NCBI GenBank assembly: GCA_965233195.1
Contig: CBDDSB010000013.1
Location: 2,964-66,963 of the forward strand
Reading direction: 5' to 3'
Source: an uncultured bacterium
GTDB taxonomy: Bacteria > Pseudomonadota > Gammaproteobacteria > Burkholderiales > SG8-39
DNA: 64,000 bases
Of this stretch, positions 37,424 through 48,855 are shown in pieces. The position numbers were made by a program, and so were the translations under genes. The stretch's first letter is position 1, and each line of letters starts with the position of its first letter. The notes under the pieces were generated by a model that did not search any database, was not told where the DNA came from, and worked only from the letters and a program-made list of their open reading frames with translations.

Positions 37424-37930
37424 CTATTTTATCCTCGCGGAGCGCCGAAATACCCCCGACTTTCCTCCGTGTTTCTCTTCGAGGCGGATCTCGCCGAGGG
37501 TCATGCCCCGGTCGACGGCCTTCACCATGTCGTAGACGGTGAGCAGGCCGACCGCGGCCGCCGTCAATGCCTCCATTTCGACCCCGGTCTGCCCGCGGCA
37601 TTCCACCCGGGCGACGATGCGCACCGCCGGCGGTTTTTTGCTTATTACGAATTCGACCGCGACGCGCGTGAGCGCGATCGGGTGTGCGAGCGGAATGAGC
37701 TCCGCCGCGCGCTTGGCCGCCTGCACCGCGGCGATCCGCGCCACCCCGAGGACGTCGCCCTTCTTGGCGCGCCCGGCGGCGATCAGACGCAGCGTGGCCG
37801 GCTGCATGCTGATCCGGCCCGAGGCGATCGCCACCCGGTGGGTGGCAGCTTTGTCCCCCACATCCACCATATGGGCGGAACCCTTGGCGTCGAAATGGGT
37901 CAACGGCAGGGTCAGCGATTTGCGTCTCAT
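37424..37930 (-). CDS. moaC: cyclic pyranopterin monophosphate synthase MoaC
   Basis: '[25 protein letters not shown]', '[10 protein letters not shown]', '[24 protein letters not shown]'. Confidence 0.9.
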   Translation of the reverse strand: MRRKSLTLPLTHFDAKGSAHMVDVGDKAATHRVAIASGRISMQPATLRLIAAGRAKKGDVLGVARIAAVQAAKRAAELIPLAHPIALTRVAVEFVISKKPPAVRIVARVECRGQTGVEMEALTAAAVGLLTVYDMVKAVDRGMTLGEIRLEEKHGGKSGVFRRSARIK

Positions 37931-37951
37931 TCGGGGCGCTATGATAAACAG

Positions 37952-39394
37952 ATGCGGAAGACCGCGTTCCTGACCGCAATACTGATCCTTCTTGCCCCGC
38001 GGGCAATGGGACAGGCGTTGCCGGATCTTGGCAGCAGCGGCGACGCGGGCCTGTCGCCGCAGCTCGAGCGGCGCATCGGCGAGAGCATCATGCGCGATAT
38101 CCGCTTCCGCGAGCCGAGCTACGTCGACGACGCCGAGATCGCCGACTATCTCGCCAACCTCGGCGGGCGCCTGACGCAGACCCCGGCGGGGGCGCGCCAG
38201 GACTTCGAGTTCTTCGCCATTCGCGACCACACCATCAACGCCTTCGCGCTGCCTGGCGGCTTCATCGGGGTGCACACCGGGCTGCTCTCCGCCTCGGAGT
38301 CCGAGTCCGAGGTGGCCTCGGTGCTGGCGCACGAAGGGGCGCACGTGACCCAGCGCCACATCGCGCGCATGCTCGGCCAGCAGCAGCAGATGCAGCTGCC
38401 GGTGCTCGCGGCGCTCGCTGCCGCCATCTTGCTCGGGCGCTCGCGGCCGGACTTGGCGAGCGGCGCGGCCGCCGCCGCCTCGGCCGGCGCGATCCAGACG
38501 CAGCTCAGCTACTCCCGCGATTTCGAGCGCGAGGCCGACCGCATCGGCTTCCAGTCGCTCGAGTCGGCCGGTTTCGACGTGCACGCGATGGGCAGCTTTT
38601 TCGAGAAGATGCAGCGCGGCAGCCGCATCGCCGACGACGGCACCGTGCCGGGCTACCTGCGCACCCACCCGATCACCACCGAGCGCATCGCCGACGCCCA
38701 GAACCGCGCTGCCAGCCTGCCCTACAAGCAGCATCCGGACAGCCCGGAATTCCAGCTGGTGCGCGCCAAGCTGCGCGCCGAGTGGGGCGACCCGCGCGAT
38801 ACGGTGCAATTCTTCCAGTCGGCGGTGCGCGAGCGCCGCTTCGCATCGGAGGCGGCAGCGCGCTACGGCCTCACGGTGGCGTATGTGCGCGCGAAGCGCA
38901 CGAAAGAGGCCGAAGCCGAGCTCGCGCGGGTGCGCGCCGCGGGCGCCGGCGGGCCGATGATCGAGTCCCTGGCGGCGCGCGTGAAGTTCGCGCAGGGCGA
39001 CCGCGCCGGCGCTGCCAAGCTTCTCGGCGAATCCTACGCGCGCTATCCGAACTCTCGCCCGCTGCTCTATGCGCACGCCGACGCGCTGTACGACGCGGGA
39101 CAGCACGAGCAAGCGATGAAACTGCTCGGCGAATCGCTGCGCCTGCATCCGCGCGATCCGCGGCTGTATGCGCTGCAGGCCAAGACCTACGCCGCGCTCG
39201 GCAAGCGCACCTCGCAGCACCAGGCGCAGGCCGAGGTCTATGTGCTGCAGGGCAGCCTGCCGACGGCTATCGAGCAGCTGCAGATTGCTCGCACTGCCGG
39301 CGATGGCGATTTCTACCAGCTCTCGGTGATCGACGCACGCCTCAAGGACCTGCGAGCCCAGCACGCGCAGGAGCTGAAGGACGCGAAGCGCTAG
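37952..39394 (+). CDS. bepA: M48-family periplasmic metalloprotease with TPR domain (BepA/YfgC-like)
   Basis: Signal peptide '[20 protein letters not shown]'. HExxH motif '[12 protein letters not shown]'. C-terminal TPR-like repeats. Confidence 0.82.
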   Translation: MRKTAFLTAILILLAPRAMGQALPDLGSSGDAGLSPQLERRIGESIMRDIRFREPSYVDDAEIADYLANLGGRLTQTPAGARQDFEFFAIRDHTINAFALPGGFIGVHTGLLSASESESEVASVLAHEGAHVTQRHIARMLGQQQQMQLPVLAALAAAILLGRSRPDLASGAAAAASAGAIQTQLSYSRDFEREADRIGFQSLESAGFDVHAMGSFFEKMQRGSRIADDGTVPGYLRTHPITTERIADAQNRAASLPYKQHPDSPEFQLVRAKLRAEWGDPRDTVQFFQSAVRERRFASEAAARYGLTVAYVRAKRTKEAEAELARVRAAGAGGPMIESLAARVKFAQGDRAGAAKLLGESYARYPNSRPLLYAHADALYDAGQHEQAMKLLGESLRLHPRDPRLYALQAKTYAALGKRTSQHQAQAEVYVLQGSLPTAIEQLQIARTAGDGDFYQLSVIDARLKDLRAQHAQELKDAKR

Positions 39395-40380
39395 TGTTTT
39401 GGTGGCTGGTAGTAGGCTTCGTACAGCAGGTCGAAGGTCTTCTCGGCTTCCGACAGCAATTCCGCATCGCTGGTCGAGCGGCGCTGCGCGCCCTGCAACA
39501 GGGTCTGTACGCCGGCGGCTTCGGCGACCGGCGAGCCCCGCACCTCGAGGAAGTGCACGATGCTGCCGATCTTGGACAGCGCGGGATTCTTGGCCAGATC
39601 GAGGCGGGCGAGCATTTCCTCGTACGTGACGCGCGCCTCGCTGTTGGTGAAGTGCGCGCCCTCGAAGCCGAAGCTGATCGCGTTCGCGGGCAGCGACTGG
39701 GTCTTCTCCAGCCACGTGAGGCTCGCCTCGGGGTCGACGAAGCGCCGGATGAGCCATGCGCTCGCCAGGCGATCCGCCCACAGCGGCTTGCGCGTCACCC
39801 AGGTGCGCCCGAGCAGCGCCTCGCCGGGGGCGAGCGCGGTCTGCGACTGCGTCGGGAACATGAGCTTCTTCACTTCAGCGTCCGCCGCGGCCAGGCTGGC
39901 CTGCGCGCGCGCCCGCGAGGCGGTGGGGAAGAAGTCGAGCGCGGCGATGCTCTCGAACTCGCGCCGCTGCTTGTGCACCACGCGCGAAATGGCGCTGGGG
40001 TCCGCCTGCCCGAAACCAACGCGCAGGCTCTCGACAGTCTTGATCAGATTTTCATAGCGCGCCGAGCGGTCGAACAGGCGCTGGAACTCCTCCTCCTGGT
40101 CGAGCGTGGTGGCGGCCACGTTCATCACGTGCGCGCTGCCGCCGATCTTGACGATGTACTCGGTGAGCGTGTGCAGCGACTGCCGGTTGCTCTCGGTATC
40201 GGGCAGCAGATACACGCCCTCGCGCATCACCGCCGCGCCGAGCGACTCGAGCGTGCGCAGCACGCGCATGCGCGCGGCGGGATCCTCGATCGGCAGCTGC
40301 GCGATGGTCAGCAGCCAGCCGGCCGGCGCCGAGCGCTCGGCCGGGGCGGAGCGCGCTTCGTCTTCGGTCATGTGCGGCAT
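39391..40380 (-). CDS. ChrB-like protein (chromate-resistance regulator family, N- and C-terminal domains)
   Basis: '[26 protein letters not shown]' matches ChrB-N. '[26 protein letters not shown]' matches ChrB-C. The start is ATG 40380 or ATG 40371. Confidence 0.72.
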   Translation of the reverse strand: MPHMTEDEARSAPAERSAPAGWLLTIAQLPIEDPAARMRVLRTLESLGAAVMREGVYLLPDTESNRQSLHTLTEYIVKIGGSAHVMNVAATTLDQEEEFQRLFDRSARYENLIKTVESLRVGFGQADPSAISRVVHKQRREFESIAALDFFPTASRARAQASLAAADAEVKKLMFPTQSQTALAPGEALLGRTWVTRKPLWADRLASAWLIRRFVDPEASLTWLEKTQSLPANAISFGFEGAHFTNSEARVTYEEMLARLDLAKNPALSKIGSIVHFLEVRGSPVAEAAGVQTLLQGAQRRSTSDAELLSEAEKTFDLLYEAYYQPPKH

Positions 40381-40389
40381 AATAACTTC

Positions 40390-40617
40390 ATGAACTTCGA
40401 CAAGGAACTCGACGCGCGCGGCCTCAATTGCCCGCTGCCGATCCTGCGCACCAAGAAGGCGCTCACCGACATGGGCTCCGGGCAGGTGCTGAAGGTAGTT
40501 GCCACCGACCCCGGGGCGGTGAAGGACTTCCAGACTTTCTCGCGTCAGACCGGGCATGAGCTGGTGTCGCACGACGAAGCCAACCGCGAATTCACTTTCT
40601 TCATGAGGAAGAAGTGA
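40390..40617 (+). CDS. tusA: sulfurtransferase TusA/SirA family
   Basis: 75 aa, 'LDARGLNCPLPILRTKKAL' with the CPxP active-site motif. Confidence 0.85.
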   Translation: MNFDKELDARGLNCPLPILRTKKALTDMGSGQVLKVVATDPGAVKDFQTFSRQTGHELVSHDEANREFTFFMRKK

Positions 40618-41099
40618 AGTGGCTGGGTCTATTAGGCGTCGGGCTAGCATTCGCCGTCCACGGGCAGAACGCGACTTTCACCGTCAAGGTGCTCGCGCCT
40701 GAAACGGCGCTCAAAGCGGCGCAGGCGGCGCTCGAGAACTGCCGCAAGCGCGGCTTCCAGGCAACGGTCGCGGTGGTCGACCGCATGGGCGTGGTGCAGG
40801 TGCTGCTGCGCGACCGCTTCGCCGGTCCGCACACGCCGGACATGGCCACGGCGAAGGCCTATACCGCCGCGAGCTTTCGCACCAATACTACCGAGCTTGC
40901 GGAGGCCAGCCAGCCCGGCCGACCGGCGAGCGGTATCCGCCACCGTCCTGGCATCGCCGCGGTCGGCGGCGGCATGGTGATCGAGGCGGGCGGCTCGCTG
41001 CTCGGCGCGATCGGCGTCTCCGGTGCGCCGGGCCAGCGCGAGGACGATGCTTGCGCGGCGGCCGGCATCGCCGCGATCCGCGAGGACATCGAGCTTTAG
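40614..41099 (+). CDS. GlcG/HbpS-like (DUF336) protein with signal peptide
   Basis: GTG 40614 overlaps the tusA stop (GTGA). Signal 'MKWLGLLGVGLAFAVHG'. 'AVVDRMGVVQVLLRDRFAG', 'GGGMVIEAGGSLLGAIGVSGAPG'. Confidence 0.72.
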   Translation: MKWLGLLGVGLAFAVHGQNATFTVKVLAPETALKAAQAALENCRKRGFQATVAVVDRMGVVQVLLRDRFAGPHTPDMATAKAYTAASFRTNTTELAEASQPGRPASGIRHRPGIAAVGGGMVIEAGGSLLGAIGVSGAPGQREDDACAAAGIAAIREDIEL

Positions 41100-41121
41100 A
41101 AGATTGTGAAATAATCGCCGC

Positions 41122-41604
41122 GTGAAAGCGCGCTGGATTCGACTCGGCGCCGTCGCGCAGCAGGAGTTCGACGCCGCCCATGCCGCCATCGCCGCCGCGC
41201 AGCCGCGCGACGCGGCGCCGGTGCTGCTGTGGGCTGAGGAAGCCGCGCGCTATCCGTTCGCGCTCATCGCGCCGCTCAAGTTCGCGCCCGGCCGGCCGCA
41301 GCGCTGGCTGTCGTGGGGCCTCGCCGCCGTGGTCGCGACCTACCGGCAGTTCGGCGTGCCGGCCTATCTGGATGGCGAGCTATTCCTGCACGGCCGCGAT
41401 ATCGCGCGCAGCCGCGCGGCTGCGCTCGGCGAGTGCGCGGTCATCGCCTCGAGCTTCCTGATGCGCTTTCCGGGCAGCTGCGTCGCCACGCCGTCGTTCG
41501 AGCTCGAGCAGGCGTTTCGCTTGCGGCTCGAGGCACAGCACGGCTGGGAATTCGACCACTCCTGGCCGACGCAGCCGGAATGCATCGTCGCTGACTCTTA
41601 CTAG
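41122..41604 (+). CDS. hypothetical protein (160 aa)
   Basis: GTG 41122. No motif I can name confidently. Third-position GC is high. The stop shares the tetranucleotide CTAG with the valS stop. Confidence 0.45.
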   Translation: MKARWIRLGAVAQQEFDAAHAAIAAAQPRDAAPVLLWAEEAARYPFALIAPLKFAPGRPQRWLSWGLAAVVATYRQFGVPAYLDGELFLHGRDIARSRAAALGECAVIASSFLMRFPGSCVATPSFELEQAFRLRLEAQHGWEFDHSWPTQPECIVADSY

Positions 41605-44384
41605 CGCGGCGCGCTAAGCCTGCCGAGTTGCTCGCGCAGCTTGGCCAGCGTGGCCTCGTGAGCGGCGAGGCGGGCGCGGTGCTCGTCGACCACCTTGGCG
41701 GGCGCCTTGTCGACGAACGAGCGATTCGCGAGCTTTTCCTTCGCCTTTTGAATTTCGCCTTCGAGGCGCGCGGATTCCTTGCTCAGGCGTTCGCGCTCCG
41801 CGGCAGCATCGACTTCCACCAGCAGCATGACGCGGTGCGCACCCACCACGGCGACCGGAGAATCGGAATCCGGCAGCGCGGCCACCGCGTGGATCGCCGA
41901 GGGCCGCACCAGCGCCTCGAGCGCGCTCAACGTCGCGCCGCCCGGCGTTCCGGTGAGGTACAGCGGCACGCGCTGCTGGTTGGTCAGCTTCATCTCGCTC
42001 TTCAGATTGCGGCTGGCGTTGACCACGTCCTTCGCGACCGAAACCTCGCGCTCGACCCCCTCGTCGATCTTCTCCGGCTGGGACTTGGGGTAGGGCTGCA
42101 GCATGATGGTTTCGCCCCTGCCGTTTCCCTTCTTCCCCGCGAGCGGGCCTACGCTTTGCCAGAGCTCCTCGGTGATGAAGGGAATGATCGGATGCGCCAG
42201 CCGCAACGCGGTTTCGAGCACGCGCACCAGGGTGCGGCGCGTGCCGCGCTGCGCGGCGTCGTTGCCCGCATCTGCGCCCCGGGCGAGCTGCCCCTTGGCG
42301 AGCTCCAAGTACCAGTCGCAATACTCATCCCACACGAACTGGTAGATCGCATTCGCGGCATTGTCGAAGCGATATTCCGCGAAGGCCTGCTCGACCTCGG
42401 CCTCGGTGCGCTGCAGGCGGCTGATGATCCAGCGGTCCCAGGTCGAAAGCTCGACCGGCAGCTTCTCGTCGACCCCGCAGTCCTTGCCTTCGGTGTTCAT
42501 CAACACGAAGCGCGCCGCGTTCCACAGCTTGTTGCAGAAATTGCGGTAACCCTCGCAGCGGCCGAGGTCGAAGTTCAGCGTACGCGCGAAGCTCGCGAGC
42601 GAGGCGAAGGTGAAGCGCAGCGCATCGGTGCCGAACGCCGGGATGCCGTTCGGAAAATGCGACTTCACGTAGGCCTCGACCTTCTGCTGGTGCTCCGCTT
42701 TCATCAGTCCCTGCTTCGATTTCTTCAGCAGCTCGTCGAAGGTGACGCCGTCGATCAGGTCGAGCGGATCGAGCGTGTTGCCCTTCGACTTCGACATCTT
42801 CTGCCCCTCGGCGTCGCGCACCAGGGCATTGATGTAGACGTGGCGAAAGGGCACCTTGCCGGTGAAGTGCGTGGTCATCATCACCATGCGCGCCACCCAG
42901 AAAAAGATGATGTCGAAGCCGGTGACCAGCACGGAGGAAGGCAGGAAGGTGTCGAGGTCCTTGGTCTTGTCCGGCCAGCCGAGCGAGGAGAAGGGCACCA
43001 GGGGCGAGGAGAACCAGGTGTCGAGGACATCGGGGTCCCGTCGCAGGGTTTTGTTGCCCGATTGCTTTAGTGCCTCGGCTTGCGTTCTGGCAACGTAGAT
43101 CTTGCCATCGTCGTCGTACCAGGCCGGAATCTGGTGGCCCCACCACAGCTGACGCGAGATGCACCAGTCCTGGATGTTCTCCAGCCACTCGTTGTAAGTC
43201 TTGGTCCAATGCTCGGGGAAGAACTTCACCTCGCCGCTTGCAACAACCTCGAGGCCGCGCTTGGCGAGGCTTTCCATCGCCACGAACCACTGGTCGGTGA
43301 GCATCGGCTCGACGATCACGCCGGTGCGGCCGGAGCGGGGCATGCGGAGCTTGTAGGGCTTCTCCGCCACGAGGAGGTTTTCCTTCTTCAAGTCCTCAAT
43401 CACCTGCTTGCGGGCCGCGAAGCGCTCGAGACCGCGATATCGGGCGGGCGCCTGGTCGTTGATGCGCGCGTCGAGCGTCATCACGCTGATCGGCTCGAAG
43501 CCATGGCGCTTGCCGACCTGGTAGTCGTTGAAATCGTGCCCGGGGGTGATCTTTAGCGCGCCGGTGCCGAACTGCGGGTCGACGTAGTCATCGGCGACCA
43601 CGGGAATGCTTCGGCCCGTGAGAGGCAACTGGACGCGCTTTCCGACCATGGATTTGTATCGGGGATCGCCTGGATGGACGGCCACCGCCACATCGCCGAG
43701 CATGGTCTCGGGCCTGACCGTTGCGACGCTGATTGAACCGCTGCCGTCCTCCAGCGGATAGCGGATCTCCCAGATCTTGCCGTCTTCTTCCTCGGTGTCG
43801 ACCTCGAGGTCGGACACCGCGGTGCCGAGCACCGGGTCCCAGTTGACGAGGCGTTTGCCGCGATAGATCAGTTTTTGCTCATACAACCGGACAAAAACTT
43901 CGACCACCGCCCTGGACATCTTCGCGTCCATGGTGAAGTAGCCGGCCTTCTGTCCCTCGGTGTCGGCATAGGTCCAGTTCGCCGAAGCGCCGAGGCGGCG
44001 CATCTGGCGGGTGATGGTCGAGCCCGACTGCTGCTTCCACTGCCACACGCGCTCGACGAACTTCTCGCGCCCGAGGTCGTGGCGGGTCTTGCCTTGTTCC
44101 TGCAGCTGGCGCTCGACCACGATCTGGGTCGCGATGCCGGCATGGTCGGTGCCCACCACCCAGTTGGTGTTGAAGCCGCGCATGCGGTGGTAACGGGCGA
44201 GCGAATCCATCAGCGTCTGCTGGAAGGCGTGGCCCATGTGCAGCGTGCCGGTGACGTTCGGCGGCGGCAGCTGGATGCAATAGGCCGGCGTGTCGTGGTT
44301 TTTGTGCTGGAAAACCCCGGTCGATTCCCAGCGCTGATACCAGCGCTCCTCGATCCCCTGCGGGTTGAAGCTCTTGTCCAGCAC
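41601..44384 (-). CDS. valS: valine--tRNA ligase
   Basis: 927 aa. '[15 protein letters not shown]' (HIGH motif), 'KMSKSKGN' (KMSKS motif), C-terminal coiled coil. Confidence 0.97.
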   Translation of the reverse strand: MLDKSFNPQGIEERWYQRWESTGVFQHKNHDTPAYCIQLPPPNVTGTLHMGHAFQQTLMDSLARYHRMRGFNTNWVVGTDHAGIATQIVVERQLQEQGKTRHDLGREKFVERVWQWKQQSGSTITRQMRRLGASANWTYADTEGQKAGYFTMDAKMSRAVVEVFVRLYEQKLIYRGKRLVNWDPVLGTAVSDLEVDTEEEDGKIWEIRYPLEDGSGSISVATVRPETMLGDVAVAVHPGDPRYKSMVGKRVQLPLTGRSIPVVADDYVDPQFGTGALKITPGHDFNDYQVGKRHGFEPISVMTLDARINDQAPARYRGLERFAARKQVIEDLKKENLLVAEKPYKLRMPRSGRTGVIVEPMLTDQWFVAMESLAKRGLEVVASGEVKFFPEHWTKTYNEWLENIQDWCISRQLWWGHQIPAWYDDDGKIYVARTQAEALKQSGNKTLRRDPDVLDTWFSSPLVPFSSLGWPDKTKDLDTFLPSSVLVTGFDIIFFWVARMVMMTTHFTGKVPFRHVYINALVRDAEGQKMSKSKGNTLDPLDLIDGVTFDELLKKSKQGLMKAEHQQKVEAYVKSHFPNGIPAFGTDALRFTFASLASFARTLNFDLGRCEGYRNFCNKLWNAARFVLMNTEGKDCGVDEKLPVELSTWDRWIISRLQRTEAEVEQAFAEYRFDNAANAIYQFVWDEYCDWYLELAKGQLARGADAGNDAAQRGTRRTLVRVLETALRLAHPIIPFITEELWQSVGPLAGKKGNGRGETIMLQPYPKSQPEKIDEGVEREVSVAKDVVNASRNLKSEMKLTNQQRVPLYLTGTPGGATLSALEALVRPSAIHAVAALPDSDSPVAVVGAHRVMLLVEVDAAAERERLSKESARLEGEIQKAKEKLANRSFVDKAPAKVVDEHRARLAAHEATLAKLREQLGRLSAPR

Positions 44385-44400
44385 GAGCGCTTGTCCGGTA

Positions 44401-44763
44401 CTACTTCTTTTCGGGTTCTGAAAGGGCGTGCGCGACCGAAGCGGCGACCGCTTCGCGCACCATCTGGATCACGCTGATGGTGAGCTCGGCGCGCACCGTG
44501 TCGAGCGCCTGGCCGAGCACCGTGTTCAGCTTGTGCGCGATCTTCTCTTCGATCACGCGATGGACCTCGGGACCGAGCCGCTCCAGCACCGCGCGCTCGA
44601 GCTCCCGCGCCAGCGCTTCCAGCGCCTGGCTGTCGACCGTCCGGCGCGGCGCGTGCTCGTCGCTGACGACCTCGGTAAGGACCGGCACCTCGCCCGCGGC
44701 GCGCGGGCTTCCCTGGCGCTTCATCAGCGCGTCGATGCGCTTGCCAAGCGGCTCGTCACTCAT
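44401..44763 (-). CDS. hypothetical protein (120 aa)
   Basis: ATG 44763 overlaps the holC 3' end by 8 nt. Helical, charged sequence with no named motif. Confidence 0.5.
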   Translation of the reverse strand: MSDEPLGKRIDALMKRQGSPRAAGEVPVLTEVVSDEHAPRRTVDSQALEALARELERAVLERLGPEVHRVIEEKIAHKLNTVLGQALDTVRAELTISVIQMVREAVAASVAHALSEPEKK

Positions 44764-45184
44764 TGCTTTGCGCGAGGTCGTGGTTGGTGATCGGATACCC
44801 GCGCTCCTGGTAGAAGCGATAGCGGCGCCGGCCGTTGGTTTTTTCCTCCTCGCTGGAAGAAATCACTTCGAACAGCCGCGTGAAGCGCTCGAAATGCGGC
44901 GGGCATTCACCGCCCAGGTTGAGCAGCAGCTCGCAGTCCGCCGGTGTCTCCTCGCCGGAGGCGATCAGCACCGGTGTTTCGGCGGCGAGCGGGCCGTTGA
45001 CCATCGAATGCGGCACGAAGCCGATCGCGGGCCAGGTCCACATCATGGTGTCGAGGCGGCTGGCCGTGTCGGCGTCCGGCGCGTAGATCAGCATGCGGCT
45101 TCCCTGCTTCAACGCTTTGGCCGCCAGGCGGCAGGCGACCTGCAGCCGGTCCTCTGCATTGAAGTAAAAATCGATGCTCGTCAT
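44756..45184 (-). CDS. holC: DNA polymerase III subunit chi
   Basis: 'MTSIDFYFNAEDRLQVACRLAAKALKQGSRMLIY...MMWTW...FVPH'. ATG 45184 overlaps the pepA stop (ATGA). Confidence 0.85.
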   Translation of the reverse strand: MTSIDFYFNAEDRLQVACRLAAKALKQGSRMLIYAPDADTASRLDTMMWTWPAIGFVPHSMVNGPLAAETPVLIASGEETPADCELLLNLGGECPPHFERFTRLFEVISSSEEEKTNGRRRYRFYQERGYPITNHDLAQSNE

Positions 45185-46653
45185 TTCCGGCCTGCGTGCC
45201 GCAACGCGTACCGCACCAGCAGGGGGACGGGCCTTCCGGTCGAGCCCTTGTCGCGGCCGCTCTTCCACGCGGTGCCGGCGATGTCGAGGTGCGCCCAGCG
45301 CAGCTTGCGGGTGAAGCGGGCGAGGAACGAGGCGGCGGTGATGCTGCCGCCCGGCCGGCCGCCGATATTCGCCATGTCGGCGAAGTTGGAGCGCAGCTGC
45401 TCCTGGTACTCCTCCCACAGCGGCATCTGCCACACGCGGTCCCACGCGTCATCGGCCGCTTCGCGGATCTCGTCGGCCAGCTTCTGGTCGTTGGCGAACA
45501 GGCCGCTCGTCACATGGCCGAGCGCGATCACGATCGCGCCGGTCAGGGTGGCGATGTCGATCACCGTGTCGGGCTTGAAGCGTTCGGCGTAGGTGAGGGC
45601 GTCGCAGAGGATCAGGCGCCCTTCGGCGTCGGTGTTGAGGATCTCGACGGTCTGGCCTGAAAGGGTGGTGGCGATGTCGCCGGGCTTGGTGGCGTGGCCG
45701 CCGGGCATGTTCTCGCATGCCGGGATCACGCCGACCACGTTCACCGGCGCGCGCATCCCGGCGAGCGCCCGAATGGCGCCCAGCACCGAGCCGGCGCCCG
45801 ACATGTCGTACTTCATCTCGTCCATCTCGCCCGCGGGCTTGAGGGAAATGCCGCCGGTGTCGAAAGTGATGCCCTTGCCGACCAGCGCCAGCAGCTTCTT
45901 GTTCTTCGCGTTTCCTTTGTAGTGCAGCACGATGAGCTTGGGCGGCTGGTGCGAGGCGCGTGCCACGGCGAGCAGCGCGCCCATGCCCAGCTTCTCCATG
46001 TCTCTGCGCTCGAGCACTTCGACCTTCAGCTTGAAATCGCGCGCGATCTTTTCCGCCTCGGCGGCGAGATAGGCCGGGGTACAGATGTTCGGCGGCAGGT
46101 TGCCCAGCGTCTTCGCCAGCGCAATTCCATCGGCGGTGGCGATCGCCTCTTTCAGGGCGTCCTTCAGCTCCGCCTTGGGGCTGAGGGGCAGGATGACCTC
46201 GGCCAGCGCCGGCGGCGAAGCTTTCTTGTCGGTCTTGAGCTGGTCGAAGCGGTACAGGACGTCGCGCACGCCGAGCACGGCATGGCGCACGTTCCAGGAA
46301 AGCGGGCGAGAGCCGACCTTCATGTCAACGAGGAACAGCGCCGCGTCCTTCGCGCCGAGCTCCTTCAGTGCCTGGGCGGCGGCGCGCACCGCGTCGCGGT
46401 ACGAGCCTTCGGCCGCTTTCTCGCCGAGACCGACCAGCAGCACGCGCTCGGCGGCGATGCCCGGCAGGCTGTGAAGGAGAAGCGTGGAGCCCGTGCGACC
46501 GGAAATGTCGCGCAGCGCTTTTTTCACGGCCCCTTTCGAGGCCTGATCCAGGCGGCGCGCGGCCGGCGTGAGTTCCCCACCCTGGTGAACGCCGAGCACT
46601 ACGCAGCCGACGCGCGCCGTCTCGGGCGACAGCGCCTTTATGCTAAATTCCAC
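45181..46653 (-). CDS. pepA: leucyl aminopeptidase
   Basis: 'VGKGITFDTGGISLKP' and 'NTDAEGRLILCDAL' are M17 signature regions. GTG start at 46653. Confidence 0.95.
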   Translation of the reverse strand: MEFSIKALSPETARVGCVVLGVHQGGELTPAARRLDQASKGAVKKALRDISGRTGSTLLLHSLPGIAAERVLLVGLGEKAAEGSYRDAVRAAAQALKELGAKDAALFLVDMKVGSRPLSWNVRHAVLGVRDVLYRFDQLKTDKKASPPALAEVILPLSPKAELKDALKEAIATADGIALAKTLGNLPPNICTPAYLAAEAEKIARDFKLKVEVLERRDMEKLGMGALLAVARASHQPPKLIVLHYKGNAKNKKLLALVGKGITFDTGGISLKPAGEMDEMKYDMSGAGSVLGAIRALAGMRAPVNVVGVIPACENMPGGHATKPGDIATTLSGQTVEILNTDAEGRLILCDALTYAERFKPDTVIDIATLTGAIVIALGHVTSGLFANDQKLADEIREAADDAWDRVWQMPLWEEYQEQLRSNFADMANIGGRPGGSITAASFLARFTRKLRWAHLDIAGTAWKSGRDKGSTGRPVPLLVRYALRHAGRK

Positions 46654-46674
46654 GGGCCGAAAGTATCACATCAC

Positions 46675-47751
46675 ATGATCTTCCACCGGGCGCTGCTGAG
46701 AGAGTTCGCAGGTCTCGCGGGCGCCGTATTCATGACGCTGTTTGCCATTGCGGTGACGACGCGGCTCATCCGGCTGCTCGGTCAGGCCGCGGGCGGCAAG
46801 TTCCCGTCGGACGCGGTGTTCGCGTTTCTCGGTTTCTTCGCGCTCGGCGCATTGCCGGTGCTGCTGTCGCTCACCATGTTCATCTCGGTGCTGCTCACCA
46901 TGACGCGCAGCTGGCGCGACTCCGAGATGGTGATCTGGTTCGGCGCCGGGCAGCCGCTCACCGCCTGGCTGAAGCCCGTCATGCTGTTCGCGCTGCCGCA
47001 GATCGCGGTGATCGCGGCGCTGTCGCTCTTCATCTCGCCGTGGGCGGCGCAGATGGCCGGCCAGTATTCCACCAAGCTCGAGTCGCGCGACGATGTGTCG
47101 CGCGTCAGCCCGGGCGTATTCGGCGAAACCGCGAACCGGCAGCGCGTGTTTTTCGTCGAGTCGGTGTCGGGCGATTCGAGCGCGGTGCAGAACATCTTCG
47201 TCAGCTCGGTGCACCAGAATCGCAGCGGCGTGAGCATGAGCCGCAGCGGCAAGACCGAAACCGCGGCCAACGGCGACCGCTTCATCGTGCTGGAGCAGGG
47301 TCGGCGCTACGAGGGCGCCCCCGGCGATCCCGAGTTCCGCCTCACCGAGTTCGACCAATACGCCGCGCGCATCGAGACCCGGGAGAGCAAGGAGGTGGTG
47401 CCGACGCACAAGAACCTGCCGACCTGGGCGCTGGTCACCGCACCGACCAATCAGAACCTGGGCGAGCTGCTGTGGCGCGTCGGCATCCCGATCTCGGCGC
47501 TGGTGCTGGTGCTGCTCGCGATTCCGATGAGCTTCGTCAATCCGCGCGCCGGGCGTTCGGCGAACCTGCTGTTCGCGCTGCTCACCTACATCGTGTATTC
47601 CAACCTGCTCAGCGTGAGCCAGGCGCGCGTCGCGCAAGGCCGCATGGATTTCGGCGTCGGCTGGTGGCTGGTGCACGCCGGCATGATCGTCCTGCTGGTG
47701 GTGATGTTCGCGCAGCGCATGCAGCTCATCCGCCTGCGGTTGGGTAAATGA
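46675..47751 (+). CDS. lptF: LPS export ABC transporter permease LptF
   Basis: 'MIFHRALLREFAGLAGAVFMTLFAI' matches the YjgP/YjgQ pattern. Divergent from pepA and followed by lptG. Confidence 0.9.
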   Translation: MIFHRALLREFAGLAGAVFMTLFAIAVTTRLIRLLGQAAGGKFPSDAVFAFLGFFALGALPVLLSLTMFISVLLTMTRSWRDSEMVIWFGAGQPLTAWLKPVMLFALPQIAVIAALSLFISPWAAQMAGQYSTKLESRDDVSRVSPGVFGETANRQRVFFVESVSGDSSAVQNIFVSSVHQNRSGVSMSRSGKTETAANGDRFIVLEQGRRYEGAPGDPEFRLTEFDQYAARIETRESKEVVPTHKNLPTWALVTAPTNQNLGELLWRVGIPISALVLVLLAIPMSFVNPRAGRSANLLFALLTYIVYSNLLSVSQARVAQGRMDFGVGWWLVHAGMIVLLVVMFAQRMQLIRLRLGK

Positions 47752-47775
47752 GTCGGCAAATGAGCGGGCGATAAG

Positions 47776-48855
47776 GTGGCCGCCCGCACCCTCGAGCGCT
47801 ATCTCGCGCGCCAGATCTACACCGCCGTCGGCTTCGTGCTGTTCGGCTTCCTCGGCCTGTTCGCGTTCTTCGATCTGATCAGGGAGCTGGCCGATCTCGG
47901 CAAGGTCGACTATCACCTGCGACAGGTGTTCACCTTCGTGCTGCTGTCGATGCCGACGCACGCCTACGAGCTGTTCCCGGTGGTGGTGCTGATCGGCACG
48001 CTCTACGTGATGGCGCACCTCGCGAGCAACTCCGAGTACACCGTGATGCGCGCCTCCGGACTCTCGCCGCGCCGCGCGGGGCTGATCCTGGCCAAGGTCG
48101 GGATCGCGTTCGTGGTGCTGACCTTCGTCATCGGCGAATGGGTCGCGCCTTGGGCCGAAGAGCAGGCGCAGAAGGTCAAGCTCCGCGCCATGAGCTCCAT
48201 GATCGGCCAGGACCTCGAGTCGGGCCTGTGGTTCAAGGACGAGGGCTCGTTCATCAACGTGCGCGAAGCGCGCCAGACCCACCAGCTCGGCGGTATCCGC
48301 ATCTACGACTTCGACGCGGAGTATCGCCTGCGGCAGATCACGCTCGCGGAGCGCGCCGAGTACGCCGGCAAGGGGATCTGGCGGCTGCAGGAGACGCTGC
48401 AGACCCAGTTCACGCCCGAGGGCCCGCGCACCCGGCGTTATCCCGAGTCGGATTGGCGCTCGCGCGTGACCCCGGACATGCTCGACGCGCTTATCGTGCG
48501 GCCCGAGCGCATGTCGGCGTGGGCGTTGCACAAGTACACCGAGCACCTGCAGGGCAACCGCCAACGCACCGAGCGCTACGAGATCGCTCTGTGGAAGAAG
48601 CTCTTCTATCCGATCGCGGCCCTGGTGATGATGGCGCTCGCGCTGCCGTTTGCCTACATGCAGGCGCGCGCCGGCATGGTCGGCGTCAAGGTCTTCCTCG
48701 GCATCATGCTCGGCATCTTCTTCCACATGATGAACAGCCTGTTCGCGCACATCGGTCTCTTGCAGAACTGGCCGCCGCTCTCCGCGGCGATCGTGCCGAG
48801 CGCGGCCTTCCTCGCCGCGGCCATGCTGCTGATGTGGTGGGTCGAGCGCCGCTGA
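47776..48855 (+). CDS. lptG: LPS export ABC transporter permease LptG
   Basis: 'LERYLARQIYTAVGFVLFGFLGLFAFFDLI' matches the YjgP/YjgQ family. GTG start at 47776. Confidence 0.9.
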   Translation: MAARTLERYLARQIYTAVGFVLFGFLGLFAFFDLIRELADLGKVDYHLRQVFTFVLLSMPTHAYELFPVVVLIGTLYVMAHLASNSEYTVMRASGLSPRRAGLILAKVGIAFVVLTFVIGEWVAPWAEEQAQKVKLRAMSSMIGQDLESGLWFKDEGSFINVREARQTHQLGGIRIYDFDAEYRLRQITLAERAEYAGKGIWRLQETLQTQFTPEGPRTRRYPESDWRSRVTPDMLDALIVRPERMSAWALHKYTEHLQGNRQRTERYEIALWKKLFYPIAALVMMALALPFAYMQARAGMVGVKVFLGIMLGIFFHMMNSLFAHIGLLQNWPPLSAAIVPSAAFLAAAMLLMWWVERR

